Assembly (NCBI GenBank): GCA_047495785.1
Contig: JBLDXI010000002.1
Location: 1,364,001-1,428,000 of the forward strand
Source: Lepidodermella squamata
Taxonomy: Eukaryota; Animalia; Gastrotricha
Length of the DNA stretch: 64,000 nt
Reading direction: 5' to 3'
Shown here: one piece after another, positions 1 through 13,855 of the stretch
Numbering within the stretch: the first letter of the stretch is position 1
Layout: the number at the start of each line of letters is the position of its first letter
The notes under the pieces: model-generated
The model's database searches: none
Seen by the model: the letters and a program-made list of their open reading frames with translations, nothing else
Told to the model about the DNA's origin: nothing
Program-made: the position numbers and the translations under genes

Positions 1-3000
1 GGCCTTCCTTTTCGGAGCTCGCAGCTGCCTCGCATACTTGTGTACCATTGCTAGTGTATTAATATGCATATTGTCTCGTGATAGTCAGTAAAATCTATAT
101 TAATTCTACGACGGCTCCTCGTTGGCTTCTGCGCGCCGCCGCCGCTATATACCTGGCTGGGCAGGGTGGGAAAGCCGGGCGGCGCCAGAGCGCGCGCACT
201 TTGCCGACCGCGGGCGGTTCATAAAATTTGCGTTATATATTGCCCGCTGTCCAATTTAGCGGCGAAATGTATTTCCTGCCACACCTCGCTCACGGCTAAT
301 GCATGACATGCGAAGACCGACTATTTGGCCTTATATGTTTACCCAAAGGCCAACATCGTGAAAATAAGTAGCCACAGGGGGTTTCGTTTAATTTTTAATT
401 TAAATTATCGCGGAAAAAATTAACTTCATCCGACACCCGTTTTTCACGCGCCCGGTCTGAGCATGCACCCAGTGAAGCGTGTTTATTTATTGTTTATTGC
501 TGTCTCGAGCTGTCGCGTGCTCATCAGCCATTATTTTCCATCATCAATGAAGTCGCGTGCAATTAGCTGCTCATCCCTGCTATTGCGGTTGATTGCGCCG
601 GCAACCTTTTAGCCTCTCTTCGCCGCCGTTGATGTTCGGTACGAGTCCATACCTTTGAGCGAGCGACCGGCCAAGCCAATCCCGGCGGCGCCATTGGTGT
701 GAAAAATCTATCTAATGACCGGTCCTTTCTACAAAGTAATAATGATTTCACGAGTTTAATCACACACATTGCGGGGGAAAAATCGGTGTGGTCTATTAAT
801 ATTAATGATCCACCTGCGCAGTAGTAGAAAGTAGTAGATATAGCTCATAGCTGGTAAGTCGGCGAGCAAACACGCTGGCACTCGACTCGCGGTTCATTCC
901 TTTGCGGATTTCGCGGATTGCCAGGGTGCCAGTCACTTGACTGTAGAGAGCGGTCGTACACCGTGGAACCCGGCGGCTCCGGGGCCTTTTAGCCGCGGCA
1001 TCGGCAACACCCGTGCCGTCATTCACTTAATGCTTTGTTGCGCAACGCCTTGTTTACCGTCATTATTATTCTTGTTATTCGTTATTCAACGACAAACAGG
1101 TACCGATTTTGTGCTGGCGATGATGACGGCATCCGCTGCAGTAATTGCTGGAACTAAGCCCCGGAATTTTTACGCAACCGAAAATTATCACAGCTTTAAT
1201 TCCCGCCAGCGGTTCTCTTTTGTCTTGCTAATGATCCCGCTTTCTTCATCATACCTTCAAGGCTTATTGCCGTTGTTTTTATTCATTAATTTCAATTATA
1301 TGATAACTTTGTTGTTAGAAATCAAAGATTAATCCGCGTCCGTACTCTAAAACGTCAAGCCCGTGTTGAAAAATCGCGGGATTATCTCTTTGTTTATCAT
1401 CGTTATTTTTCTATAGGTGAAAAATAATAGATTAATCAAACGTAAGGTTGACAGGTTTTTTAACCAGTCTCAATAACAATCATTATTTTCCGGAAACAAT
1501 GGCCAATTTTTGCGTGACGGCTGTTTAGCGGAGCGTAAACACGCACCCGTTTGCGGTTGAACCGCGTGTTTTTTCGCCGCTACTTTTTTTTGATATTTTT
1601 GCGCGTTAATTCTACGCCACGATACTCACGCTTGATTACTATACTTTTCTTGTGCCATTATTCCAAAGCGTATAATAAACACGCTCACTTGTCGTGTTGC
1701 AAAAAGAGATACGCTGATAAAAATTTACCTCTTGCTCTGGTATAGGTAACGCGTGTTATTTTTTAATCTTCTCAAGTTTGCATTTTTATACACACAAATT
1801 TATTTAATAAAAATATTATATTCGCCTTTTTAGACCTGCTGGTAAAAGTTGTTATTTTGAACTCTTCCTTTTCGCTGCTGAGAAATGTAATTTTCAGAAT
1901 AAACATTGACACTTTTTCAATTATTAATAATAGTTATAGGCAGTAGGTATAGGACAAATTGTTCTGGTGAGGAAGCGTTTAGCCACCGCGAAATTTTGTC
2001 GGCATTTCGCTCATCGCTGAAGCGTGCTCGCGTTTTACGACTCGAGATATGAAGCAGATGGTTGAATCTTCATGATAATAACGTTAAATTATAGGGTTAT
2101 TACAAAATCGCAGTTGTACATCTCAGCATTATTAGGCAGCTAGTTTTCAACATTTTATGTTATCGTCAAACAAAGTTTTGGCGGCGACGGCTTCTTCTGC
2201 TGCAGGTGCATTTCTTGTCAGCAGTCGTCAAAGAATAGTGGTAGTAGTAGCGAAGATGAAACGCGCTAATGCCTTGTGCCTATATTACGATGTATATAAC
2301 TACGCGAGAGTGAAGCCAGGACGCGTTCTTTTTAGCATTGTAAGTCCAATTATTGGCAAGAACTGCGCGGCGTTGAAATTTTGGCGCTAAAATAGTTATA
2401 CGCAGGTAGAGGCATATACATGGCTTTGCGTGTTGAATGTTTGTTCAAGAGACGACTCGTCTTCTTTTCTTTGAAGCTGCTCCTTCTCATCATCATCATC
2501 ATCAACATCATCATCACGCCGGGCCTTTGTTTCATTCAAATAATTTGACGCACAAAATTCGGCTTTTCTGTGTCTTCTTATATTACCTGTGTGGAAGATG
2601 CGCGGCCGATATATCTACAATACAACATGTGTACACCACCTTAATGCGCTTAGTACTACTAATAATAATAATAATAACAGCAACGACGTCAAACCAACAT
2701 ACCACCCACTTTGGGACACAAAGTTTACAACATCTCGTAAAACAAGTGTTTTGGTGAGAAAACGTTCGTAGTAGCAATACCTGCTTATACATGGTGTTTG
2801 TTTAGGTAAAATTTAAGCGCACGAAACACCTTATATTTTTGTTTTCACCGCGCCGCGCTCGCAAAAAGTCAGGCATTTCGTGTGCTCTCCCACAACAGCA
2901 GCATATGCCTGCCCCTGGTTGTCGTCGCCAGGCCTTTCTTTCTTTTATACCTGTATAATGTTTGAACAAGTAATTATTGAAACCTCGTCGAAACGACAAC

Positions 3001-6000
3001 AACTTCGACACATAAACAACAATAACACCACATTTTTTACGCGCTCGCGCTGACGTGATATTTATCTGTAAACACGATTTTTTAATTAATTTAGATTTCA
3101 CGCAATTTTTCTATTACACCTGCATCTCTATAGATTATAATTTACATGAGCACTCATCTTTTCGCGCTTAATTTATTCGGCCCGATGTACGTATTTATTA
3201 CCCGAACGCAATTACCGGAGACGCAAATTATAGATTTTTCGAGATAATTGAGTAAGGGTATTCGTTAAATAGGAAAAATCTACTCATTTTGTAGAGATAT
3301 AGCGATTGCCCCCATTTTTAGTGCGAACGTATCGTTTTCTGTCTCGGAAGTCATCTTTCAGCTTTCCTCTTTCGAAAAATGTGTTAATTATTCTTTGTTG
3401 AGCTGTATTCTGGTCTCCTTTCGTTTGTAGATTTTCGGAATTTTCGCCCAACTTCCAAATTCCAACCTAAACGAGAACGATTATTTTAATAAAAAATCCT
3501 CCTTAATTAAATTAATTAAAATTGAGAGTTTTTTCTATAGTTTTCATTGGATAACTTTGGCGTAAGTAAGTCAGGAAAATTCGTAATATATAATGGAGAT
3601 TTATTAACATGATATAGCTCAGCATCACGCGCACATGCGGTCAGTTCGCTAGTTAAATATTAACCGTACGGCAGTAGTACTGGGCCTGGCCACCTCATCC
3701 ACCTTATACCTTATACCTGTCAGCCGTGGCTGGGCGTAGCACGCCCGACTGACAGGCGTTGTACTAGTGGGTGCAATTAAACCGCTGCTCGAGAGCAATA
3801 AAACGCGACCTTGTGTCCGCCGCGGCGACTCTTGGGTGTGACTCGCGGTGCAGCACGCTACGCGCGTCTGCCGGCCATCAATCAGACATCAGGCAGCAGG
3901 CATCGCGGCCAGCAGCGATGTGGCTTTTTAATGCCTGGTATCGATTTCGAAATCTGCGCGCCCGCAAGTCAGCGATGCCGCGCGCGCCCTGCTCCGCCAT
4001 CACCGACGCGTCCACCCAACAACAACAACAGTCACATTTATAAACAAACATGCGGTTAAATATTGAGAAGCCGGTTCTCGGATTTCATCGACAATTATTA
4101 CTACTGGCTGATGCTGTTTGTTGTTTAAAATACTGCTGGGCGTTGTTGCTCTAGTAAACAGACCAACCACACCTTTTTCGCGCACTGGTCTCCGATGACA
4201 GCAGCCGGCCGCCGATAAGTCCCGGTGGACCTGCCGAGACGCTTGAATTCAAACACAGCTTGGCTGCTTTATTAATTTTCCATTCATAATAATTATTAGC
4301 CGCACAGTGTCAGTCACCCTCGCGAAACTGAAATTTTTCAAAGTCGAAATTTTTTTTTTGTTATTTTCTAGAAATTTTTAATTGAATTTTTGTGTAGAGC
4401 CATTGAACAACAAAATGGGCTCCTTTTTATCGATACTTAAGGCTGTTCTCTTTTCACCGTCGTCAACATTATTTCTCGCAATTATTTACAAAATAACAAC
4501 GCGGCAAACACGTGTCGGCCCGGCGCACCTAGCGATTTTGTTGTTTTCGCCATTATTTCTTTCGATCATAAATTACACGTATATTGGACATGAGATGTCG
4601 TAATAATAATGGCTTGTGCGCGCCGTGATTTTTTGCCCCGAAACGCGCACGATATTTGGCCTAGGCAACGCGCACGTCGCCATCATCACCTAGGCCTAAA
4701 ATGTGCGATGGTTGTTGTTGTATTTCCGGATTCCGCTGCGGCTAACATGTCCGGATTCCGAAATCGAGCCGGTAGGTATTAGGTTAGGCACGTTAATGCT
4801 GTTGATGTTGATACGTTAAAAGGCGCGTGCTGAGGCTCTAAGCAACTTTTCAATGTCCGCCCCCCAATTTGTGTTTGTTCGCTAATAACACAGCCAGCCG
4901 TGTAGGAATTTACCGCGGCGGCGTCGCCCACATTTTTCGCTATGATATATTTGCTCTGTCTCACTCATCGCATAAGAAAAATATCGGCAACTTTCTTCCT
5001 CCTTAAACGAGGCATTTATTGTTGTGTTTAGGTAAATTATCTTCTCGCGATATTTGTATACTATTAACTCTATGACAGCATATACAGGTAGCTTTTAGCC
5101 GGCGTAATTGCCTTGCGATTATTGGCTTCTTGTCGCGCCGGTTTGTTGACCGACTCCGCGACGCAATTACCCGACGACAGCCACAACCACACCAAACATT
5201 TCGGGAAAAAATGTGAGGATTTTACGCGCGTAAATACCCGATTTCGCGTTGTTTACGCCGTCGTACAAAAATCAATCGTCGTTTATTGGCGGCGAAAGAT
5301 GAAAATTTTTGTTTATTTGCACAAGTTAAGCGAGCTGGCTCTTGAAAACACGCCGCCGGCAGCAGGCACTTTATATTACCTGCGTTGGATCTTTTTTAAG
5401 GTGGGCCGTTATCATGCGATAACACAACAGATGCCCTGTGTTGCTTTTTCGAGGCGCCAGACGCAGCGCAAACAACTTTCCACCTCGTCGTTAATTTGTA
5501 ATTGTTGAGGTATCGGAACAAGTATTTGCGTCGAATAGTTGCACGCGCCTCGGGTTTATTGCAGGGTAAATATTACGGCGGCATTTCCGCGCGTCCCCGA
5601 CGTGACTTATTGGCTATTATCTATCGAGGGCGCGATCATTGCGCAACGCGATAAAGTCCTTATCTCGCATTATGTAAAAACCGTGTTCTCACTCACTCGA
5701 CTCGCGCGACAACTTTCAAGTAAGTAGCACGAGAGGTGCAGCGGAATTTTTGGCGTCACGATTTTAAGTAGGGAGGGGGGTGCCTCGCCGCCGACTGTCG
5801 CGCGATATAGCGAGACACGAGACGCTTAACTAGTTTTATAGATTTTTCTGCGCCCTGTCTCTCGAGGTCCGTCGAAAATTTCTCGACAAACATTTTAAAT
5901 ATTTATAAAATGTTATTACACGCGCCATAGCCACCATGGCTTTATTGTTTTGCTAGCTATTGCTGGTGCATGACAACAGGGTGTATCATCGATGAGCAGC

Positions 6001-8418
6001 TCGCCGCACTTCACTCGTTTTCACGCGCGCGCGCAATCCACGCCCCCTCTCGCGCGCATTGTTATTTTGCGGACAATCTAGTGCCCTATACTCACTTACT
6101 TCAAACACCGCAGCGACTGCTGTAGTATAATAGCAGCAGAAAAATGTGTATATTTTATTAAACAACGTCTACACTGCATTCCAGCCCTCTCTCTCTCAAT
6201 CATGGGCGCCGTGTGTTATTTTATTCTGAAGCGTTTTGTTTGTACGATTCTTTTCGCGCGCGTTCATTAACACCGCTCCAACAACAAAAACGCAAGAAAC
6301 AAAATGATAAATTAATTCATTAGTGGCGAGATGCTCCGAGATAATAGCGCGCCGGTGAAATCGATTGTCGCCTTTTTAAATGCTCACCACATTGTTTTAC
6401 AACCACTTTCAACTCAATGCAGACGCGACACGACATGCCTGAATTTGTGAGCCGCCTTAATGCCGCGCCTCGCTATTCAACCCCCTACGCGTTTATCACC
6501 CGCTTTGTCAATGGCAGTGGCCTATAACAAGAAAAATCTATGTTTTGCCAGTTAACATTTACGAATATTTACGAGCGAATAATGTGTTAGTAGAAGAGCC
6601 ATGAAATTTCGGCGCATCAGCATCATCGGTTAATTAGCAAATTTGTCGCGTGCAGTTGCGCAAGGAAGGAAGTCACCAAAGCGCTTCATCGCCTCGTCTC
6701 CATCTGCAGAAACCCTGTTCGATCGGAGTAAGGGGCTCATTAAAGTTAACGATTGCCCCTTCGAAGGTGCTAATTATCGAACTGCTGTCTCGCGCACTAA
6801 ATGATGACCTCTCTGCCTTAATGATTATAAGTCTTCCTTTAATTCGCGCCCATCATTATCATTATCAGCCGAAATTTACATAAGGCTTCCCTCGACAAGT
6901 TCATCGCACTCGCGAGGAGAAAAAGACGCGCCTGATGTCAACAAAAACAATTAGTTTTTTTTTTATTTTATTCGGCGCGTATAAGCGTGACACTTGACCC
7001 ATCTCGCGCTTGCAAATTTTTATTGTTTATTTAACTAGACCGTGTATATCTTGAAAAACACGCACTTTACTTTATTGCATATAGAAATTTTAAGAAAAAC
7101 TTTCCGTTTATTTGCGTGATAATTGGCATTTGGCAAACACCTCAGGAAAATATTTCCTGCCTTTATGCTCATGATCTTTTGCCAAATCAATTTACGTTCT
7201 TTTTATACGCTCAACTTCTTAATGAGGGGCTATACCTGGCATGGCGCGATAATCTTATAACATGATCTAGCTTTACAACAAAGAAAGTTGGGAAATTTTT
7301 GCATATGCATCGTGTAATTTTGCAGATCGATAGCGACGCCTTGAAAATTAACGAGAAAAATTGTTTGCCGCCGAGCACCGAAAATACATCATGAAGCACA
7401 TTTTTCAGAAAAATTTGTCGATCGCACTTATTATCGCCGCATCACACGCGCATTTGTCTTAGAGACATCATATTATTATAATATATATATCTTTCCAATT
7501 TATTATTGTTATTATTATTGTTATGTCGTTGATGCCCCTGAGTGCCTCGTTCGATTCACATATCGGCGCGTGTGTGCCACCTGATGACCGGAAAAACATG
7601 GCGCGTTCGGTCTCGCGGGCATTTTCGCGCGCGGCTATTTTCGTTCTCTTACGAGCTTCCCTTTTTTCCGGTCGCTTTCAATTTCGCGATGATAGCGCGC
7701 CGGCTTTAGCTAGTCTTGTTATAAAAGTGCTGTGGAAGCTAATCAACACGATGGGCATCCATTACGCGCCCATCGTCTTCTGCTTAGGCTCATTCGAAAG
7801 GCGTGAAAAGGCGCCGACAGCTGACCAATCGGCGTATCGCTAGCTCACGAAAAATTTCCCTAGCGTATCGATGATCGCGCGTGTGCCCATTGTTGCCATT
7901 ATAGGATATCGACTCGCGGCGTTGAAAGGACCATCGCCGATTAAAAGCCGATTTGACGCTTTGTTTATTGTTCAACGACGCGTAGGCCAGCATCGCCGCT
8001 TTTGTTTATTATCTGCTGCTTTCGCCGTGTTGTTGATTTGTTGCGGGCGGTGTAAAAACGTCTTCTTCGTTTCCCCTCATTTCCCGCCCGCCCACTCACA
8101 CTCACCTCGAAACCTGGATTTTTTGCTAATGATTATTATCTTTACAGATTTCCATGCGCGATAGATAAAAACACGCATTAAAACGGCTATTAGCGCCTGT
8201 TTATATCACTCTAAATATCGCGCAAGGTACGATACGCGTAAGTATCTTATTTTTTAACGTTATCTAACACCTATACCAATCGAATCGGCTTAATTTGGCG
8301 AATATTTTAGTACTAATGCCTAATTACGTTAAAAAATTTGATTTTGTTTTCGTTATATAGAGATTTACTGATAAAATGATTATCATTCGGAATTTTTAAT
8401 TCGGAAAATGATGCTTTC

Positions 8419-11400
8419 ATGATGGCGAGGTGTGTGATTTTCGCAATAATTCACCTGGCGCTGTTCGCTGGGGCGACGGCCAACAATTTGCGAGTCGCGA
8501 ACAGCATCTACGAGAACGAACCCGTCGGCTCAGAAGCGGCCGATCTCGACAAAATGCTTCACGGCTCAATTTACGGCATCGGCGAACGCGAGTATCAACT
8601 CGTTGAAACTAAACTCGCGCCTAGCTCGGCATCAGGCGTCGCAAACCCGGCTATGGTTGACGAACTATTCTCGCTGGAGGGCAATCGACTCGCCATAAAA
8701 TCACCCGTTGACCGCGAGGCGATTTGCCCCAACATCCGGCCTAATTCTTGCCTCGTTGAGACGTCAATCTTCGTGCATCAGAAAGAGCCGAGAGAGGTTG
8801 AGTTCATGCTAGTTCTCGAGACTACGATTCGAGATGTTAACGACAACGAACCGAGCTTTCCAGTCGCCTATACCGGCAATGTTTACCGGTTAAACGTGAC
8901 TGAAGGCGACCCTGCCGGGACTAAATACGCCCTACCCGAGGCTTCAGATCTCGACTCGGTCGACTTCGGGATTAAAAATTACACCCTGGAAGGTCCGCCT
9001 GAATCTATGGCCTATTTCAGGCTAGTTACCGAAAATACCGATGGGACTAGTTCGGACCCGGCCCTAGAGTTGATCCAACCTATCGACCGGGAATCTACGC
9101 CTCATCTCCAACTTAGGGTAGTGGCGGCGGACAAGGGTGTCCCGGCTTTGAGCTCGACAATGACTGTCGACGTTCAGGTGTTGGACGAAAACGACAACAC
9201 GCCTCAGTTCGAGAAAATGGAGTATTTAGAGTCGCTGCAAGAAAGTTACGATCTGAACGGGGTTGTCACCAATGTGCGCGCGACAGACCGCGACGAGGGT
9301 GACAACGCCCGGGTGTCGTATTTCGTCGACGACTCAGCGAATGCGGCGAATGAACGCGGCATGTTTGTCATTCCGAACCCAAGTCTCGGCCAGGTTCGCC
9401 TTGCGAAGCCGTTGGACTATGAACAATGGCCGGAACATCGGTTCAAAATCGTGGCGGTCGACCATGGGAAAATACCGAGAACCGGGTCGACCCTGGTTAC
9501 CATTCGGGTTCTCGATGTCAACGACCAGCCGCCGACTATTGTTACCTACCCGACGGTACCGAACGAGGCGAACGAAATTCGCGTCAAAGAAAACAGCCCA
9601 GTTCACACTGCAGTCGCTGTAATTAAGGTAGATTTTTTAATTAACACATTTTGAAATTTTGAAATATTAATTTATTTCAAAATTAAAAAATTAAAAAATT
9701 AAATTTTTAAATAATAATACTTTTTAATTTAAATATTTGAAATCGAACTTGAAATAATTTATCATCAAATAATTTATCTGGAATTTTTTTATAGATCAAA
9801 GAGCCCGATGGTGCTACTTCTCAGCAAGTTCAGGCTAATGCCAAAAATGTCGAGTGCCACATTCAAGAACAAGAAATTCCTCGCTCATTCTACCTCATCG
9901 CGATGTAAGAAAAAAATTATAAAAAAATTCAAAATAAATACCAATTTTTTTTCAAAATTTTTAGTGAAAAAGGGGCCGAGTACGTGCTCAAATCGAACTC
10001 TACTTTCGACCGTGAGATCAAGCCAACAATTTCGGTCCAAATTCAATGCGTGAATCGCCTCGATGCCGGATCGCGGCTGGCTACAACTCGAGACATCACC
10101 GTTCATATCGTCGATGAAAACGACAACGCGCCGATTTTCGAACAAGGCTCGTACCAAGTCGCGACATTCCGCGAAAACAGCGCAATTGGCTCAACTGTAC
10201 ACAAATTCGTTGTGACAGACGTCGATTCCGGGCAAAACGGGGCTGTCTCGTTCTCGCTAGTCCCGCCTAGCGATGTAACCGAGCCTCTGCCGTTTTCGAT
10301 CAACCCTAATCTAGGCACCCTGACTGTTACCGATATGTTAGACCGGGAGATGAAGGAATCTTACACGTTGAAAGTCATCGCGAGGGATAACGGGGCGAAC
10401 CCGATGAGTTCAACGGCTACCCTTGTTGTTAACATTGCCGATGAGAACGACAACGCGCCGCAGTTTGAACGCCGCATCTACAACTTCCTAATCCCGTCAG
10501 ATATCCCAGTTCCGTACAAGGTGACTCAATTCACGGTTGCTGATCAAGACTCGGGGGACAACGCCGCGGTGTCTCTATCGATTGGCGAGGTGAAAGGCGT
10601 TGCGAAATCATCATTCAGCATCGATCCAACCGGCGCGTTTTACATCAAGGAGCAATTGGGTAAGGAATTGTGGAATGCGGACGCCAGCCCGGAGCCTGTT
10701 GAGGTTAAGGTGGTCGCGACCGATGCCGGGTCGCCTCGTCAGCGCGACAGCTCAGCCATCGCCCGGCTGTTCATGGTCAACAAAACTGACTCTAGCATGT
10801 TAATGCTTTTCCCATCGAAAAATAACGACACGCTGCATGTTTCGATTTCGCTGCTGAAATCAGCCCTAGGGTTGAGCGGCAACGGCGTCGCGCCGCCAGC
10901 TATCGGCCAGGTGATTGCGGTTACCGATGACAACTACATTAGCCAGGGCGCGTTTTTAACGTATGAATTGCTGGACTCAAACGTGAACCAACAGCAGAGC
11001 CAAATGCCGGGGGCTAGCCCGATTTTGTTCCGCATCAACAAAACTTCAGGCGCGATTTACGTTGATACAGCTGCGATGGCGGCGGCGTCGCAACAGCAGC
11101 AACAGGTGCCGGTTGTTGTCAACCCAGGCGATCGTTACAGCCTAGCTGTTGTCATTCGGTTGAGTCTGCATCCTTTCAATAAAACATTTGCACTTGAAAA
11201 GTTCAATCGGCTGGATATCGTGTTCCATGAGGCTCAGGCAGCTGAGGCGAGGATGCTGGGCGACGTCGGCGGGCCTGGTGTTACCGGGTCGATTTCCGCC
11301 GATCTGAAAAGCATCGGCCTAGTCGCTGGCCTAGCTGTCTTCGCCGCTGTAGCCACCCTACTCGTTCTACTCCTCGTCATCGTCTGCCGGAAGCGGAATA

Positions 11401-12997
11401 TCAACGCAGGCCGAGGCGGTTTTCTGCGGAACTGCGCCTCTGGGGTGATCGGTGCTAAGGCTATTAAGGCGGGTGGGAATAAAGGCTTAGGATCTTGCAC
11501 TACCGGCAACACCTCGCCGTGTGGTTCGAGTTCTAGTAAGCAGACAACTTGCGATACGAAGCCGTTGAGTGTCGATATCATGGCCTGTGGCGCGTCGTCG
11601 TCATCAGCGAATTCTTCGGCGACCCACGAGCCGGCGAAGCAAATAATGTCGAATACGTTACCGCGGGGCGGCGTGAACGCTGCAACTGCGATGGCGGCGA
11701 CCCAGTTCGAGAACAGCATGTTTCCAGTCGATCGAATCAAATTGTCGTGCAATCGAATCGATGAAGAAGCGGCTGCGACATTGCCGGTAAGGAAAAATTT
11801 ATTTCATTAAAAAATTTAGAATTTTTAATAAATTATGACAACTGCGGCAAAAATTCAATCTGCGGAATTTTGAAATTTTTTCAAATTTCAAATAAATTTA
11901 GATTTAATTTTTCTCAATGTTAAATTTAAAAAAATTGAAAATTCGAAATTTTTTAAATCTTCTAAATAATTTTAAAATCCAAATTAAAACTTTTGAAATT
12001 TGAAAAATTGAATTTTTAAAAAATATTTTGAAATTGAAATTGAAACATTTTTGGCAATTTGAAATTGAAATTTTTGAAGAAACTTTTACTTGGAATCGAT
12101 CAATCTAATTTGTCTCCTTAATCACTGATTCATTAAAAAATTTATTTCCTCCAGGTAACTGAAGGCTGTTACAGTTCAAGCACGTTGCGAAGAGGCAGCG
12201 CGGCTAACAAGCAATCGCTGCTGGTCGGCGTTTCCGCACCGCGCACCCCTATCAATACCAACACCAGCGTGCTAGACGAAACCGCTACATCACCCCTATC
12301 AGACAAATCTCAATCGAACAACCACCGCCAGGAATGTTCGTCATCTAGCATCGTCAGCAATTCTTCGACTAATAGTGCTATCAGCGCTGGGGTCGGGTCT
12401 TCGGGCAGTGGCCCCCAGCAGCAGGCGAGTGAGTCGAGCGGCCGGGGTACGGACGAGCCGCCCTCAGCGCCCGGCTCTACAACAACCGTGCCTCGGTCGA
12501 TTCTGGTCACTAAATCCCCGATGCCCCCGCCGCGGCCGACCGGGTTGTACCCGACCGGCGGGAATATCGCCCAGTACCACGTGTACCCGCGGCATGTTCA
12601 AAACCGGTCGCAGCCTTACCTAGCCGAGGCTGACGAAACCGGGTACGGCGGCGGTGTGGGTAGCAACCCAGCGTATTTCGCCTACACCAACCGGCACCAC
12701 CACAGCGAGCACTATTTGATGGACAACGAAAGCAGCAGTGATGAGATGCGGATGCCCAACTCGGCGTCCGGTAACAGCGTAGGGTGCCCGATTCACGGCT
12801 CAGACCAGGTCGCGCCGCCCCCGCCGCCGCCCTACCGCAGCTGCCCGGTTCACGGTCACGTGATACCGGTCGGCGCCGAGGCGACCTTCTCGCCAACGTC
12901 GATACTCCGAAACCACCACAACGCCATGGTGGCCGCTGCTCAACACCAACACCACCATCAGCCGTTCAGCAATCATCTACACGGAACGATGCTATGA
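8419..12997 (+). CDS. Protocadherin (non-clustered type; signal peptide, 6 clear + 1 degenerate cadherin repeats, TM, long cytoplasmic tail); exons 8419-9627, 9795-9904, 9965-11786, 12155-12997
   Basis: Repeated DRE/DYE, DxNDN-P-F and AxDxGxP cadherin motifs; protocadherin-type Cys pair in EC1 (REAIC...NSC); TM IGLVAGLAVFAAVATLLVLLLVIVC. GT-AG junctions join the three ORFs plus a 110-nt exon in frame. Confidence 0.9.
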
Positions 12998-13855
12998 AAA
13001 AAAATTCAGCTGCCCTTCAATTTTATTTTGACCGCGCGGTGATCTGTGATTTCCTGTCAATAGTAATTACTATAACACACCTTGAAAAAAAAAGAATCTA
13101 ATCACGAGAAACGGACCATGGCGTTTTTTTTCCCAAATTTCCACATGATCTTCCTTGTCCCTGATGAAAAAATAATAATATAACCAACATCAACACCGGA
13201 AATCGCTATGCATAAAATAATTTTTATAGTGTAGTTACCTTATTGTTCTTTGATAAAACTGAAATAACGGCTGTTTCTTGCTCAAATAATACTGATGATC
13301 AAGCCTTCTCTTTTTTCTGAAACGCGTCGCCCTTCTTGAGGTTGTACAACTACTATTTCATCGTTTGTTATTATTGTCAACAAATGTGTGTTAATTATTC
13401 CCTATCATCTCATCATAATTTTATTTGCGCCCCTGCTCCTTTTTTATTTCCAGGTCATTTGCCCAAAAGATGAATTGCCATGTCACGATAACGCCATGAG
13501 ATGATGAGAAAAATGGACAAGAAACAAAATTTTTATGGTGGCTATTGTTTATTATTGCGATTGAATTTATTAAACTTTTTTCTCAGCGCCATCATCTCGG
13601 AATTTTTTTCCTGTAAATAAGTATTGAGCGCCATGGACGGAGATTTTTATTGTTTGTTGTCGAGTCTCGTGTTATTTTAGATGATGATGGATCGTATGTT
13701 CTCGCGTCAAAATGATGATGTATATGAACGAAAAATTTATATCGGAGGAAGGATGTTTTTTTCAAAAAGGAATGAAAGAAATAAAGAAACGCCAAAGTCA
13801 ACCTGGGTACTTTTTTTTTATTAACTTAAATGAAAGACATGTGGAAATCGACGCG

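Noticed and set aside
563-8164. Many 60-130 aa ORFs upstream of the protocadherin
   Set aside because: No domains, mostly non-ATG starts, low-complexity translations and no consistent exon chain.
13831-13850. TGAAAGACAT resembling the start of miR-71
   Set aside because: Match limited to about 10 nt, no hairpin, and it lies in the DUF229 3-prime UTR.
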